Assembly (NCBI GenBank): GCA_038134595.1 | Contig: JAYPVM010000007.1 | Coordinates: forward strand, 32,001 to 96,000 | Source of the DNA: Pseudomonadota bacterium | Lineage (GTDB): Bacteria > Bdellovibrionota_C > UBA2361 > OMII01 | DNA: 64,000 nt | Reading direction: 5' to 3' | Shown here: positions 10,364 through 21,000 of the stretch, piece after piece | Numbering within the stretch: the stretch's first letter is position 1 | Layout: every line of letters starts with the position of its first letter | Made by a program: the position numbers and the translations under genes | The notes under the pieces: model-generated | The model's database searches: none | What the model saw: the letters and a program-made list of their open reading frames with translations, nothing else | What the model was told of the DNA's origin: nothing

Positions 10364-11149
10364 TTATCTCTCCCTACCACCTAACCACGCTGGAAGTTGT
10401 CGCTGGGCCAGCATAAAGGGTCCACTCATTGCATATCCTCCCGAGAGGGCCAACAATCCCATAGAGGGATTCCACCACACTAAAGCTACAATCAAACCTA
10501 CCAACACCCGACCCTTTAACTTCATTCCCGAAAAGGAGAGTTGTTTTATACTCAAAAACTTGATTGTCGAAACCATTAGGTAGGCAACTGAGACCAAGGC
10601 TACCGTTGCTATAGTAACAAAAGTTGAGCTCTCATGCTGATGCGGAGAGCTATAGACAATGGAAACCATGAATGCCGCTGCGCCAGGGGTTGGAAGACCC
10701 GCAAAACTCTTTAAGTTTTCGGTGGAGATATTAAATCTTGCCAGACGACTTGCTGCACAGAGCGCAAAAAGAAACGAAACAGCAACCCCAAACTCATCAG
10801 CTGAGCGTTGAAAGGCCCAATGATACATCAACACAGCAGGCGCGATTCCAAAAGACACAAGGTCCGAAAACGAATCAAATTCAACACCAAATCGAGATGT
10901 AGCATTGAGTTTTCTGGCGACTCGCCCATCAAGCCCATCAAGCAGTATGGCAATAAGTACCGCAAATACGGCTTTCTCCAATCTCCCTGACGAAGCGTAC
11001 ATTATCGCCAGGAAGCCACAAAACATATTCCCTACTGTAACAGCATTCGGCACCAAATATCGACGACGATAGAGCCGTTCCCTAAGCTCTCCTTTTTCAC
11101 CACCATCCTGTTCAATAGATTCAATATCTTTTACAGCATTCATATTCAC
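10364..11149 (-). CDS. pssA: CDP-diacylglycerol--serine O-phosphatidyltransferase
   Basis: PNAVTVGN, DGLDGRVAR...FGVEFDSFSDLVSFGIAP, RLARFN, FAGLPTP. Confidence 0.93.
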   Translation of the reverse strand: MNMNAVKDIESIEQDGGEKGELRERLYRRRYLVPNAVTVGNMFCGFLAIMYASSGRLEKAVFAVLIAILLDGLDGRVARKLNATSRFGVEFDSFSDLVSFGIAPAVLMYHWAFQRSADEFGVAVSFLFALCAASRLARFNISTENLKSFAGLPTPGAAAFMVSIVYSSPHQHESSTFVTIATVALVSVAYLMVSTIKFLSIKQLSFSGMKLKGRVLVGLIVALVWWNPSMGLLALSGGYAMSGPFMLAQRQLPAWLGGRER

Positions 11150-11151
11150 AC

Positions 11152-13224
11152 TTATTCCATCGTCACATAACGTCCGTATCGCTCTCTGAGAGTCACACCT
11201 CCAAGTCTCTCTTCCCGCGGTCGACTTTGCGAACGTAACCCTATCACAGACATGCCAGGGAATTCGAGAGCTTTTGGCATCCCCGCGTATACAATAGTGT
11301 GACCCTCGTCACAAAGGGCTCTTATCATGTCTTTCAGCACTTCCACGTGCCCTGCGTAGAGGATGCAAGGGCCATCTACCAAGATCAAGCTTCCTTTTTG
11401 CATAGAGCGTTTTTCCCCAGTTCTCAATCTCAATAGAGCCCCAAAGAGCTCCAAAAAACGACGATCCAAGAAAGAGCTATCTCCAAGGAGATCCCCTAAT
11501 GTCACCTCATCAAAGCATTTATGTTTTAGCATATCGACTGCGGCTACAAGCTCTGCACTACGCCACGCCACATCTGACAAGTGGGAACACGACCTCGTCA
11601 TGATATCGCGCACTAAAACTCCACCACAAGAAATGTCGGCAATAATTCGCTCATAACGACTTCCCTCGCATATGGAACAGATAGCTTCACTATCTGCTCC
11701 AACGGACTCCTTCTCTATACATGCGACGCATTTGTATCGAGATTTCATCAGGGTTAGTTCCGATGAAACCAATCCAAGCCTTTGAGCCTCTCGCTTGCTG
11801 GCGATTTCAAAAGCCAATAACTCTTCGAGCCCAAGAGCCTCTAAGACTGTTTGGTGCTTTGTTGTATCACCCGTGTCGATATAATGGCATTTTTGGATTC
11901 CGTTGAAATCATCTCGTGAATCAATGGCATTCCGCCTACGAAATCTCTCCTGCAGAGCACGCAACACTTGAGACTTCCCACAACCACTCTCACCCTCAAT
12001 AGAGGTAAGGCTATCCTTATGTATAACAAGCTCTTCAGCTACAATACCAAATTCCATCAGATCACGCAGGATGACCGCTGGCTTTTTACATTTTAATGGC
12101 AACTCGTCTACTTTTTGGCATTTCGATGATGGTGCTTTGGTGCGTATTACCATTGCCTGGCTACCAAAACGCTCACGCAAAGTCTCCTCTCCGATACACG
12201 TCTCTGCGCCATCGACCCTAAAAATAGTAGCATCCAATCCAGACAACTGCGCGCATACGATTGAGGCAAGATTTCTCTCTCCTGGCGACAGCCAGGACAC
12301 GGGCGTTCCGAGAGGATAGCTACCAAATCCCATTCGAGTTATCCCAATAAGCTTTTGAGATAGTGGAGCTTCGTTCACCAACATCTCTTGGCACTCTCGA
12401 AATGAGCATGCTCGTACATCTTGCAAACTCACACCTTCGATAAAATACCTTCCCAACCGAGACACTCTTCCCACACCACAACAGTCCGCGCATACCGCAT
12501 CGTCGAGACCTCGAGAAGATACGATTCCCCGCCCCTTGCAGACGGAGCAATCAGATTCCGTATCAACTCTATCCCTATCCAAGGGGGCCTCTGTTGTCTC
12601 ACACGTAGCACACCGCCACTGATTAGTTGCGGTACAAAGAAGCTCTCCTTGTGCACTTCGTTCTGTAAAATGCCATAAGGTAACAGCCCCTCCTCCGTGT
12701 TCCCACCACTGAATAGCTTCCTTCCGAATACGCTCAAGCTCTCCTACTGTACCAAGGGCAATAACAGGAACACCCCTCTGACTCTCATCATCTGACACAC
12801 GAACTAACCGCCGTCCAACAACCCCTCTAATGGCCCCCAAGAGCTCACAATGATCACGTAACGAGATAGACTCTTTAGGTTTCTCTACCGAAAGCGCTAT
12901 GTATCCAGCCTCCGGTAGCCGTGCCAACTTAAAATCCTGTGGAGAATCCATCGGCTCATTACACGTCATACAACGAACGACAGCTACACGAACAAACGCT
13001 GAAAACAGCTCATTATGCAAACCAAACAACTCAACTATCGACAAGGGCCCCGCTCCCAGCGGTGTTCTAGAGATAGAAACGCGGGGATTTCTAAAGGATT
13101 GAAGGAACACTACTGGTTCCACAGCTGTGGCCTGGTCGCCCAAAATACTAGGAGTCGTGAACTGCCGATACTCCTCATCATCTAGCTCTCGCACATTGTT
13201 GGCAGAAAAATCTGATTTACTCAT
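11152..13224 (-). CDS. degenerate UvrA-like ABC ATPase / zinc-finger protein
   Basis: Colinear with UvrA: CMTC, CATC, CSVCKGRG, CADCCG, LSPGERN, GESGCGKS, CVAC, CSICEGSRY, ILVDGP; catalytic motifs decayed. Confidence 0.65.
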   Translation of the reverse strand: MSKSDFSANNVRELDDEEYRQFTTPSILGDQATAVEPVVFLQSFRNPRVSISRTPLGAGPLSIVELFGLHNELFSAFVRVAVVRCMTCNEPMDSPQDFKLARLPEAGYIALSVEKPKESISLRDHCELLGAIRGVVGRRLVRVSDDESQRGVPVIALGTVGELERIRKEAIQWWEHGGGAVTLWHFTERSAQGELLCTATNQWRCATCETTEAPLDRDRVDTESDCSVCKGRGIVSSRGLDDAVCADCCGVGRVSRLGRYFIEGVSLQDVRACSFRECQEMLVNEAPLSQKLIGITRMGFGSYPLGTPVSWLSPGERNLASIVCAQLSGLDATIFRVDGAETCIGEETLRERFGSQAMVIRTKAPSSKCQKVDELPLKCKKPAVILRDLMEFGIVAEELVIHKDSLTSIEGESGCGKSQVLRALQERFRRRNAIDSRDDFNGIQKCHYIDTGDTTKHQTVLEALGLEELLAFEIASKREAQRLGLVSSELTLMKSRYKCVACIEKESVGADSEAICSICEGSRYERIIADISCGGVLVRDIMTRSCSHLSDVAWRSAELVAAVDMLKHKCFDEVTLGDLLGDSSFLDRRFLELFGALLRLRTGEKRSMQKGSLILVDGPCILYAGHVEVLKDMIRALCDEGHTIVYAGMPKALEFPGMSVIGLRSQSRPREERLGGVTLRERYGRYVTME

Positions 13225-13586
13225 AAGGTTCTTTCTCTGCCTTAATAGCTTGTGTACCTAGAAAGCAATCTTCTAATCGATTCCATGATCAGTTTTAAAC
13301 CTAGAGTCTACCGTCAACAGGAACGTAGTCGCAACAGCCCTGACTAACCCAAAAAACCCTCTCGGCGCCAATATCGCACGCGATTCTAGTCAGTTAAGGC
13401 ACATACGCACTGGTCTACAGATTTGGACTGGTTTAAACTGTAAGCTGCGAAGAATGCATATCCTGGGCTAAGCAGCTGCCACTCTCAAGAGAGTCGTTCT
13501 TGCGAGTGAAAACACCTTAAATCATACCATGTATAAACAAGTAACAATGTGAACAAAATAACGACTAGAAATATACATACTATGCG

Positions 13587-14945
13587 TTGCGGACAATCGC
13601 GTACTTCAATAAAAATAAGAGACTTAACACTGTACAAAAATTAGGCTCCATGCACCTCTATCAGATAACAAAGAAGCTTCTGAGTAGCCTCGCATCAAAA
13701 TCCCCGCTGACCAAACAGTGCCTGTTTATACTTGTCTTGTGCGGCTATCTCTTGCTGTTCATTGCTGGGCCTGAGAGTGACATTGTGGCTACAGCGCTTA
13801 CGCTCGGCCTCTGCCTCGTCATATTCATTATTACAACCTATACAATTTTATATGCCACAATAATCAAGAACCGCATTAACCTCTCTGTGAGCTTGCCATC
13901 GGAATCATTGTATGCGACCCAATCCTTTACGGCGATTCTGTCTCTTCCATCGCTAAACTCAATGCCTGGCATTCTTCACGAATTCTCGCCAGTCTTTGAG
14001 CATCACGGGGCTACTGCGACCAAAATTAGACTCCTAACTACTCCCGAATCTACTCGCGTCGCTTTACCCATCACCCTCCCCCATAGAGGAAATTGGCGAA
14101 TCCTTGCCATAAAATGCTCTGTAAAAGACGTAACTGGATTTGCAGACATCACCTGGACGATTCCGATAGACACCACGTGCTGCGTATTACCTCAGAAAGC
14201 CTTAGCTTCAACATATCCGGTTCTTAGCTCATCACAACGGGCAGGAGACGTCGCTCCTGATCTAGCAAGAAGAGTCGGAGATCCGTACGACCTAAAGCAA
14301 TATCATCCCTCCGATGGTGTAAAAAAAATCGTCTGGAAAGTCTTTGCAAAAAGCGGAGAGCTTCTATCTCGACATCCGGAGCCATCGATGACCCCGGAGG
14401 GTTTTGTCGGGGTATTTGTGGCCGCTCGGCGCACCGATGATACCATCTGCAGTGCCGCGCTAGACTACATCGCTGCGCTCGAGGACCTTGAGATCGATAT
14501 TCGACTAGCATGTCAGGGCTTAGGCGATCTTCCAATCGCTCACGACACAACATCATCCAGAGACCTACTTATCGATGCTGTGTGGAATAGTAATGACAGC
14601 TCATCTCCTGTGCCCGACATGCAAAAGCTACTTGATGCATGCTCTCAATACGTCACATTTGGTGCCGTAGAAACCATCCTCATCTTTGTCTCAGGAGATC
14701 GACTGGAGCAGTCGGGAGAAACTACTAAGTTAGTCGAGCTCGGCACGTGGCTGGAGCAACAAGGGATATCTCCTACATATATGCTTATAGAACCCTCTCA
14801 AAATATCCGAGAGGCCCCATCCGAACGCACCCTACTTGAGCAATTGCACCTTGTGACGAAAGAAGACTCTCCAATTGTTACTTCAGGAGAATATAGACAA
14901 TTTCTCGGAATATGCCTCACACGACAATGGGAGGTATACACATGA
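13587..14945 (+). CDS. DUF58 domain membrane protein
   Basis: Two N-terminal TM segments, HRG, GDPYDLKQYHPSDGVKKIVWKVFAKSGELLSR; start uncertain (TTG 13587 or a later ATG). Confidence 0.8.
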   Translation: MRTIAYFNKNKRLNTVQKLGSMHLYQITKKLLSSLASKSPLTKQCLFILVLCGYLLLFIAGPESDIVATALTLGLCLVIFIITTYTILYATIIKNRINLSVSLPSESLYATQSFTAILSLPSLNSMPGILHEFSPVFEHHGATATKIRLLTTPESTRVALPITLPHRGNWRILAIKCSVKDVTGFADITWTIPIDTTCCVLPQKALASTYPVLSSSQRAGDVAPDLARRVGDPYDLKQYHPSDGVKKIVWKVFAKSGELLSRHPEPSMTPEGFVGVFVAARRTDDTICSAALDYIAALEDLEIDIRLACQGLGDLPIAHDTTSSRDLLIDAVWNSNDSSSPVPDMQKLLDACSQYVTFGAVETILIFVSGDRLEQSGETTKLVELGTWLEQQGISPTYMLIEPSQNIREAPSERTLLEQLHLVTKEDSPIVTSGEYRQFLGICLTRQWEVYT

Positions 14946-17131
14946 AAACACCCGTAAACACGCGCCCTCCATTGGTAAAGACTATAATTGCGATGCGCTC
15001 ACTCTGGGCATGCATAGCACTCGTGGCTCTTCAGCATCTTATAGGACTCGGAACTCCTACGGCTCTTCTCCTACTTGCAAGTATTGCTGGTATTATCACA
15101 GCTACGTTTCTTGCTCACTCTAAAGTCACATTTCTGGGTCTTATCGCAATTACCATCGGACTCATAACGGGCTCCTCACTTTTAATCGATATCGTCAACT
15201 ACTCGTTCGAAAAGCTCCTGCATCTCCATTTTTTTGCTGATTCGATAGGCATACAAATTAAAACGTGCCTGGGCATTGCTCTCGCATGTGGGCTCCTTAC
15301 GTGGGGATTTTGGCGCGTGCGCGCTTTTCTTTATTTAGAAGCTCTTGCGGCCTCATTCATCGTTGTGATTTTGTGCTCAGGTCACCGACAGTATCATCTC
15401 GATCAACCAAAAATCGTATCATCACTAGCTTGGTATTTTGGTGTAAATACCATTTATATGCTTAGCTGCATCGGAATTATATTTGCTCTAGCTAGCATTC
15501 TCTACCTTTACTGCGCAGCGATAGCTGTTCGACCTCGCACTGAGTCAGCACCCGTTTCTCTCATAGTGACCAGAAAGCGATTCGCTATTTCGACGATACT
15601 AGCGCTTTTATTTTGCCTACCACTGCTGATACTGCAGTCGATTCTTTATCGACACTATCACCAATCCATGCAAAGTCGAGTTGCAAACGGCGTAGGCATG
15701 GAGCACAAGGAGGGGGTAAGTCCTTTAAGTTTTCAATCTGCTTTAGGAAGCTCAAATCAACCGGCGGCGCTGGTGCGCCTCGAGGGAGATTATACCGACA
15801 ACCCCTTTGTGCCGATGCTATACATGAGAGAAAGTGCCTTATCACATTTTAATGGCAAAGAATTAGTTTTTGCAGGGCGAGGGTTTGACGGAGATCTTCC
15901 TGCGATAGAGCCTTCGGGCACATTTTCGCGGCCGGAAGATATTGCACTTCTTGAACGGACCCCGCTCGTGCAATCAGTCTATACACTCGCTGACCACAAG
16001 AACGCTTTTGCAACCGACTATCCTGTCTCTATCGTCCAGTTAAAAAACCCTCGCCCAAAACGATTTAAAAGTAGCTACCGCGCCTACTCTATTGCACCCG
16101 CCTATGAACTAAGCTCCCTCTCTTCAAAGGATGTGGGGGACTCTCGATGGTCTTCAGAGATCAAACAGCACTTTCTTGCGATCCATACCGACAAACGATA
16201 CGGCGAACTGGCCGCTGAGATATCACAATCGGCAAAAACTCCCGTGGATAAGATGTTAGCGCTAACTAATTATCTCTCGAGAACCGCGATATATACGCTC
16301 ACCCCAAATCACACTGTTGATGCAAACGAGGATCCGGTAGCGCCTTTTCTTTTCGGAGACCATCGTGGATACTGCGTCCATTTTGCACATGCTCTCGTGT
16401 ATATGGCCCGAAGTCTCGGAATACCCTCACGAATTGGCACTGGCTATCTAACAGATCTTAGCCAAGCAAAAGATGGTCATATACTGCTGAGAATGAGTGA
16501 TCGCCACGCATGGGCCGAGGTATTTATCGAAGGTGTCGGCTGGACACCCTTTGATGTTCAACCTGACCAGGTTGAAAGCCACGCAGAAACGGCCGTTGAT
16601 GCGAAGCTTCTTGAGGAGCTAATGGGGATTCTAGAGCCAGGCGAAGAAATTCTTCCTCCCGAACTCACAGCTGATGAAGTCGGTATGGAGGCACATTCCT
16701 ACTTATGGATACCATCAATTCACCAAGTAAGAAACGCTACACTCACTCTGCTTCTTTTGGCAGTACTGCTAAAACTTTTCATCCGAAACCGCTGGAGGGT
16801 CACATCCGATCCTAAGCAAAAGATTAAATGGAGCTATATAGCCGTGTCTTCTATCCTCTATGACATGCAGATTGAACGGTATCGCGCAGAAACCACCAAA
16901 CAATTTGCCCTACGAGCACCTATTCTCGCGCTAGAAGACATAAGCTTAATGCTCAATGAAGCTTTATACCGGGCTCAACCTAAGATTTCGAACAAGGACA
17001 TCGACGACGCAATGAGGCGTGTAGCGAAAGAATGTAGCCTAATGCCGATTCGTACTCGGTTGGTAATTACACTTAATCCTCGCTCAATACTTCGAGCAGC
17101 ATCGAGCTTTATTGGAGGGGGTCGCTGGTAA
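14942..17131 (+). CDS. membrane-anchored transglutaminase-like (TgpA-like) protein
   Basis: Multi-TM N-terminus; GYCVHFA, ARSLGIPSRIGTGY, HAWAEV...GWTPFD give a Cys-His-Asp triad; ATG 14942 overlaps the upstream TGA and follows GGAGG. Confidence 0.88.
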   Translation: MKTPVNTRPPLVKTIIAMRSLWACIALVALQHLIGLGTPTALLLLASIAGIITATFLAHSKVTFLGLIAITIGLITGSSLLIDIVNYSFEKLLHLHFFADSIGIQIKTCLGIALACGLLTWGFWRVRAFLYLEALAASFIVVILCSGHRQYHLDQPKIVSSLAWYFGVNTIYMLSCIGIIFALASILYLYCAAIAVRPRTESAPVSLIVTRKRFAISTILALLFCLPLLILQSILYRHYHQSMQSRVANGVGMEHKEGVSPLSFQSALGSSNQPAALVRLEGDYTDNPFVPMLYMRESALSHFNGKELVFAGRGFDGDLPAIEPSGTFSRPEDIALLERTPLVQSVYTLADHKNAFATDYPVSIVQLKNPRPKRFKSSYRAYSIAPAYELSSLSSKDVGDSRWSSEIKQHFLAIHTDKRYGELAAEISQSAKTPVDKMLALTNYLSRTAIYTLTPNHTVDANEDPVAPFLFGDHRGYCVHFAHALVYMARSLGIPSRIGTGYLTDLSQAKDGHILLRMSDRHAWAEVFIEGVGWTPFDVQPDQVESHAETAVDAKLLEELMGILEPGEEILPPELTADEVGMEAHSYLWIPSIHQVRNATLTLLLLAVLLKLFIRNRWRVTSDPKQKIKWSYIAVSSILYDMQIERYRAETTKQFALRAPILALEDISLMLNEALYRAQPKISNKDIDDAMRRVAKECSLMPIRTRLVITLNPRSILRAASSFIGGGRW

Positions 17132-19117
17132 ATGAAATCTCGTCTACTCTTATGTACTAAACGATTATTTACAGTAATAACCGTCCTCATCACACTGTAC
17201 TTTATTGCTATCTCTAATCATTCAATCGCACAAACCACCGACTCCCCCTCTGAGACCAATTCACCATATGTGTACGATCCGTTTGATCCCTTCGACTGGG
17301 GAGATACCGGCATTCTTTCTTCAGAAAAGGACGATCAAAACAAACCTGCCGAACAGTTACTACTGGAAGCAACCCAGCTATTAATGAGTCAGCATCTGCT
17401 CGATGCCCGCACAAAGCTACTTCGAGCTCTGAAAAAAGACCCAAAAAACTATCGAACATACTACACCCTTGCCACGTACTACCTCGTTCACGTCGGACAC
17501 TTTCGCTTGGCTCTTAAATACATTCAGCGCGCCGAGCAACTTTTTAGAGAGCAGCACGGTCCCGCTCCCTATCTAAATCCTACACAACAGATGGAGCACG
17601 CAACTATCTTATACTATCAAAGTCAGATTCGACTAAATCTCGATAACTATGCCGGTGCCCTCGAGTCTCTGGATACATATGCATCTCTGGGATATATGGC
17701 AGATTGGTATCCTGGTTCGCGCGCTTGGATTTTAATGAAGCTAGGGAGACTCCAGGAAGCTATCACAATCGCGCGAGCAGGAATCTTAACGGGGGCTGAA
17801 CCCAGTAGAACGCTCAACATGCTTGGCATTCTCCTCTCTATGAGTGGGCAGTCCACGGAGGCTCTTGAGGTCTTTAAAAAGGCGATAGGAAGCGAATTTG
17901 CTCTGGGCACAAGTGGTCAACCAGCAACTCCTCTAAACAATGCCGGTGAAGTGTATAAGGAGCTCTTTCAAGACGACAAGGCAGAGTCTGCCTTCTTGCG
18001 AGCGACCTCGCTTCCAGACGGATGTGAGCATGTACTACCGAGTCTCAACGTAGCGCTCCTTTATGTCGATCAACTCAGATTATCTGCTGCTGCCGCCGTT
18101 ATTAATACCTTCGAGCAGTGCATCGCACAATTTCCACTACGCAACAACGAAGAGCACAGTGCGCTCGTCCACCTCGCACGTGGCCGCTTAGCGCTTCATA
18201 CGGGTCACGTAGATACTGCCATTGTTCATTTTAGAGCAGCTATCGAAGGCACCCAGTGGTTTGGAAAAATCGGCACCAATGAAGACGATTTAATCGTTGC
18301 GGCATCTATCTCACTTGCACAAGCGTTACGGAGAAAAAACAACATCCTCAAGCTCTCTATCCCAAATAGCTTCTATGCTCGCTTACGTTCGTACAAAGAG
18401 CGTCTTACTAATTCTGTCGAAGCCTGGTGGAAATTGCGCCGGGCACGACAAATGCTCGTCAACGACCTATCTTCAATAGAAGATATACATATCCGTCACA
18501 CGGACAGCCTCCTTGAGTATCCTACTCTGGGTGAGGTTCTAAAGGGCATTACGACAACGAGCCTCTCTGAACGCATTCGCTCCGAAATTGCTGTCGATGC
18601 TAGGCCAGCTGCCGAATTGTACTACGCACTGTATTCGGCAGAAAATCGAATAGGCTGGTTCAATGCGCCCACGATCAAAACAGAGCTCACTAGAATTATT
18701 TCTCGAGCTAGGGTCAAAAACGACGCGCTCCTTAAAACTCATGCGCTATTGACTCGCTTGAGTCTTTCTACTCCCGGCACGAAGGCATACGATAGAGATG
18801 CATATGCAGTTTTTGTCGCAACGCCTGCTGCCCTTAGGAATTATGGATTTAGCCTCCCTGTTACCACATCTGGACTCTCCGATGAGATGAGAAAGCTCAT
18901 TTTTCGTGGTGCATTCGTTCCAACAGCAAACGATGCGCAATCAAAGAAGCAGTCGTGCAGCATTACAGCGCCCAGCCAAGGACAGCTGACATTTAGCTGC
19001 CACGTAATGCCGCAACGTAGTCGTACAGTTAAGGATGGCGATCCGATACAACTTGTGAATAAACTAATGGAAGCAATATTTACCGAGGAAATAGACAATG
19101 GAAGCCGTAGAACGTAA
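17132..19117 (+). CDS. exported tetratricopeptide-repeat protein
   Basis: Signal-peptide-like N-terminus and repeated TPR-like helices (ALKKDPKNYRTYYTLA, LNMLGILL, LNNAGEVY). Confidence 0.75.
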   Translation: MKSRLLLCTKRLFTVITVLITLYFIAISNHSIAQTTDSPSETNSPYVYDPFDPFDWGDTGILSSEKDDQNKPAEQLLLEATQLLMSQHLLDARTKLLRALKKDPKNYRTYYTLATYYLVHVGHFRLALKYIQRAEQLFREQHGPAPYLNPTQQMEHATILYYQSQIRLNLDNYAGALESLDTYASLGYMADWYPGSRAWILMKLGRLQEAITIARAGILTGAEPSRTLNMLGILLSMSGQSTEALEVFKKAIGSEFALGTSGQPATPLNNAGEVYKELFQDDKAESAFLRATSLPDGCEHVLPSLNVALLYVDQLRLSAAAAVINTFEQCIAQFPLRNNEEHSALVHLARGRLALHTGHVDTAIVHFRAAIEGTQWFGKIGTNEDDLIVAASISLAQALRRKNNILKLSIPNSFYARLRSYKERLTNSVEAWWKLRRARQMLVNDLSSIEDIHIRHTDSLLEYPTLGEVLKGITTTSLSERIRSEIAVDARPAAELYYALYSAENRIGWFNAPTIKTELTRIISRARVKNDALLKTHALLTRLSLSTPGTKAYDRDAYAVFVATPAALRNYGFSLPVTTSGLSDEMRKLIFRGAFVPTANDAQSKKQSCSITAPSQGQLTFSCHVMPQRSRTVKDGDPIQLVNKLMEAIFTEEIDNGSRRT

Positions 19118-20117
19118 TTCTTTTGATAACGCATACAAAGTATCAAAAAGTCTTGTTACAGCCCTATCACGTATCATTAGAGGGCGCACAGATACTATAG
19201 AGCTTGTTGTTGCGGCATTGATAGCAGACGGGCATGTGCTTCTTGAAGACTATCCCGGTTCAGGAAAAACAACTTTAGCAAAAACATTAGGTGGTCTAAT
19301 CGACAGCACACCTCATTCTGCTCTGTCTAACACCTCAACTGAAAAAGAGCCTATCATCGGTTTCCGAAGGATTCAGTTTACCCCTGACATGCTTCCCGGC
19401 GATGTATTGGGGGTCAATATATTCGATCCTAAAACAGGCCAGTTTAATTTCTTACACGGTCCTGTATTTGCACACATCGTATTAGCTGACGAGATAAATA
19501 GAACCGGTCCTAAGGTGCAATCAGCGTTTCTGGAATGTATGGCTGAAAAACAGGTCACGATTGATAACATCACGCATCAATTAGATGACCTCTTTTTTGT
19601 CCTTGGAACACAAAATCCGCTCGATTTGGCTGGAACATATCCCCTCCCTCAGGTGCAACTTGATAGGTTTTTATTCAGGGTTCCAATGTCATATGTTGAC
19701 GCCCAAACCGAACTTGCAATACTCGAAGACATCAAAGCAATTGAGAATGCTTCTTCAGAAGTCACTCCTATATGCACGCGGGAACAGATTCTGGCTGCTC
19801 GCGCTGCATGTGCCGAGGTGCATGTAGCAACCTCGTTGCAGAAAGCTATCGTCGATACTGTTCAGGCAACCCGAAATAATCCCATGATTCAATTTGGGGC
19901 ATCGACACGAGCCGCCTTAATGCTTCAAAAAGCCACCCGTGCATGGGCGATTCTCAACTCACGCGACTATGCAACACCAGATGATCTGCGGCACGTAGCG
20001 CCATTTGTTTTATTGCACCGACTGAAATTTCACGCAGGCGCTGGCGAAGCGCCCGCTGCTCTCGAGGAGCTTATGCGACCAGCCATGGAGAGAGCTGTCG
20101 CGGTAGGAGTCGGATAA
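19098..20117 (+). CDS. MoxR family AAA+ ATPase
   Basis: GHVLLEDYPGSGKT, RIQFTPDMLPGD, LADEINR, TQNP, GTYPLP..QLDRF. Confidence 0.95.
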   Translation: MEAVERNSFDNAYKVSKSLVTALSRIIRGRTDTIELVVAALIADGHVLLEDYPGSGKTTLAKTLGGLIDSTPHSALSNTSTEKEPIIGFRRIQFTPDMLPGDVLGVNIFDPKTGQFNFLHGPVFAHIVLADEINRTGPKVQSAFLECMAEKQVTIDNITHQLDDLFFVLGTQNPLDLAGTYPLPQVQLDRFLFRVPMSYVDAQTELAILEDIKAIENASSEVTPICTREQILAARAACAEVHVATSLQKAIVDTVQATRNNPMIQFGASTRAALMLQKATRAWAILNSRDYATPDDLRHVAPFVLLHRLKFHAGAGEAPAALEELMRPAMERAVAVGVG

Positions 20118-20169
20118 AACAGTTAATCGGGGTGGGTAGCCTCTCTAATACTGACAGCAATGTTTCACT

Positions 20170-20838
20170 ATGAGAAGAGCCATTTTAAAAGCAATCAACT
20201 ATCTAACACCGAAACGAGTTCTTCAGGACAATCACGACAAGAAAGTTTTTGTTATTGGGTTTAATAAGACCGGAACGAGCTCTTTCCACGAATTGTTTTG
20301 TATTAATCGCTTGGCCTCTCAACACTCCACATCTTGGAATCTTGACAGGTATCAATGCTTTTCTGACGGCGGAAATTATCATCCGTTCGAAAAACTATAC
20401 GCTCGATATCCAAGCTCTCTATTCATTCTCAACACGCGCTCTCTGGAAGACTGGCTGATTAGTCGCTTTCTTCACGGCTGTCGGTTTTCAGCAGAGTGGG
20501 CAAAGCCCGTAGGCAAAGACTTGGTTGAAAAGTGGGTTATCCATCGACGCAAATATCATAAACGGGTTCTTAATTGGTTTTCTCAATATCCAAACCAGCT
20601 TTGTGTTGTGAGCATAGACGCTACCGATTGGACCTCCTTAGTGGCAGATTTTTGCAAGCTTCCCCGGGTACGGAACGTTCACGCCTTTCAAACCCCACAT
20701 CTAGTCGACAAGGCGTGGATTGTTCGAGAAGTTGACGAAGCCCTTGATTTACTACAGATTTCAAAAGCAGAACGTCGAGAGCAGCTATTCCCGAGCCATC
20801 AAGACCTACTTTTGCCGTTTCGAAACAATATCACGTAA
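20170..20838 (+). CDS. sulfotransferase-family P-loop protein
   Basis: KVFVIGFNKTGTSS (5'-PSB loop-like) and YPSSLFILNTRSLEDWLIS (3'-PB-like). Confidence 0.75.
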   Translation: MRRAILKAINYLTPKRVLQDNHDKKVFVIGFNKTGTSSFHELFCINRLASQHSTSWNLDRYQCFSDGGNYHPFEKLYARYPSSLFILNTRSLEDWLISRFLHGCRFSAEWAKPVGKDLVEKWVIHRRKYHKRVLNWFSQYPNQLCVVSIDATDWTSLVADFCKLPRVRNVHAFQTPHLVDKAWIVREVDEALDLLQISKAERREQLFPSHQDLLLPFRNNIT

Positions 20839-21000
20839 ACGCGACAACTGGGCTCCGCCCATAGAATGCAAGAATCCACCACAATCCTTTCCTGCCAATC
20901 AGAACACCCAAGACAGGAGACAAGCATGTTTTTTTCTCCGAACAAGATTTTTTAGAGGTGATTCATAAAGTTTATTCCTCACACAAACGAACCTCTATAT

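Noticed and set aside
13225..13586. Intergenic region with short palindromes (e.g. ACTCTCAAGAGAGT)
   Set aside because: Short inverted repeats are expected by chance; no match to an RNA family I recognise
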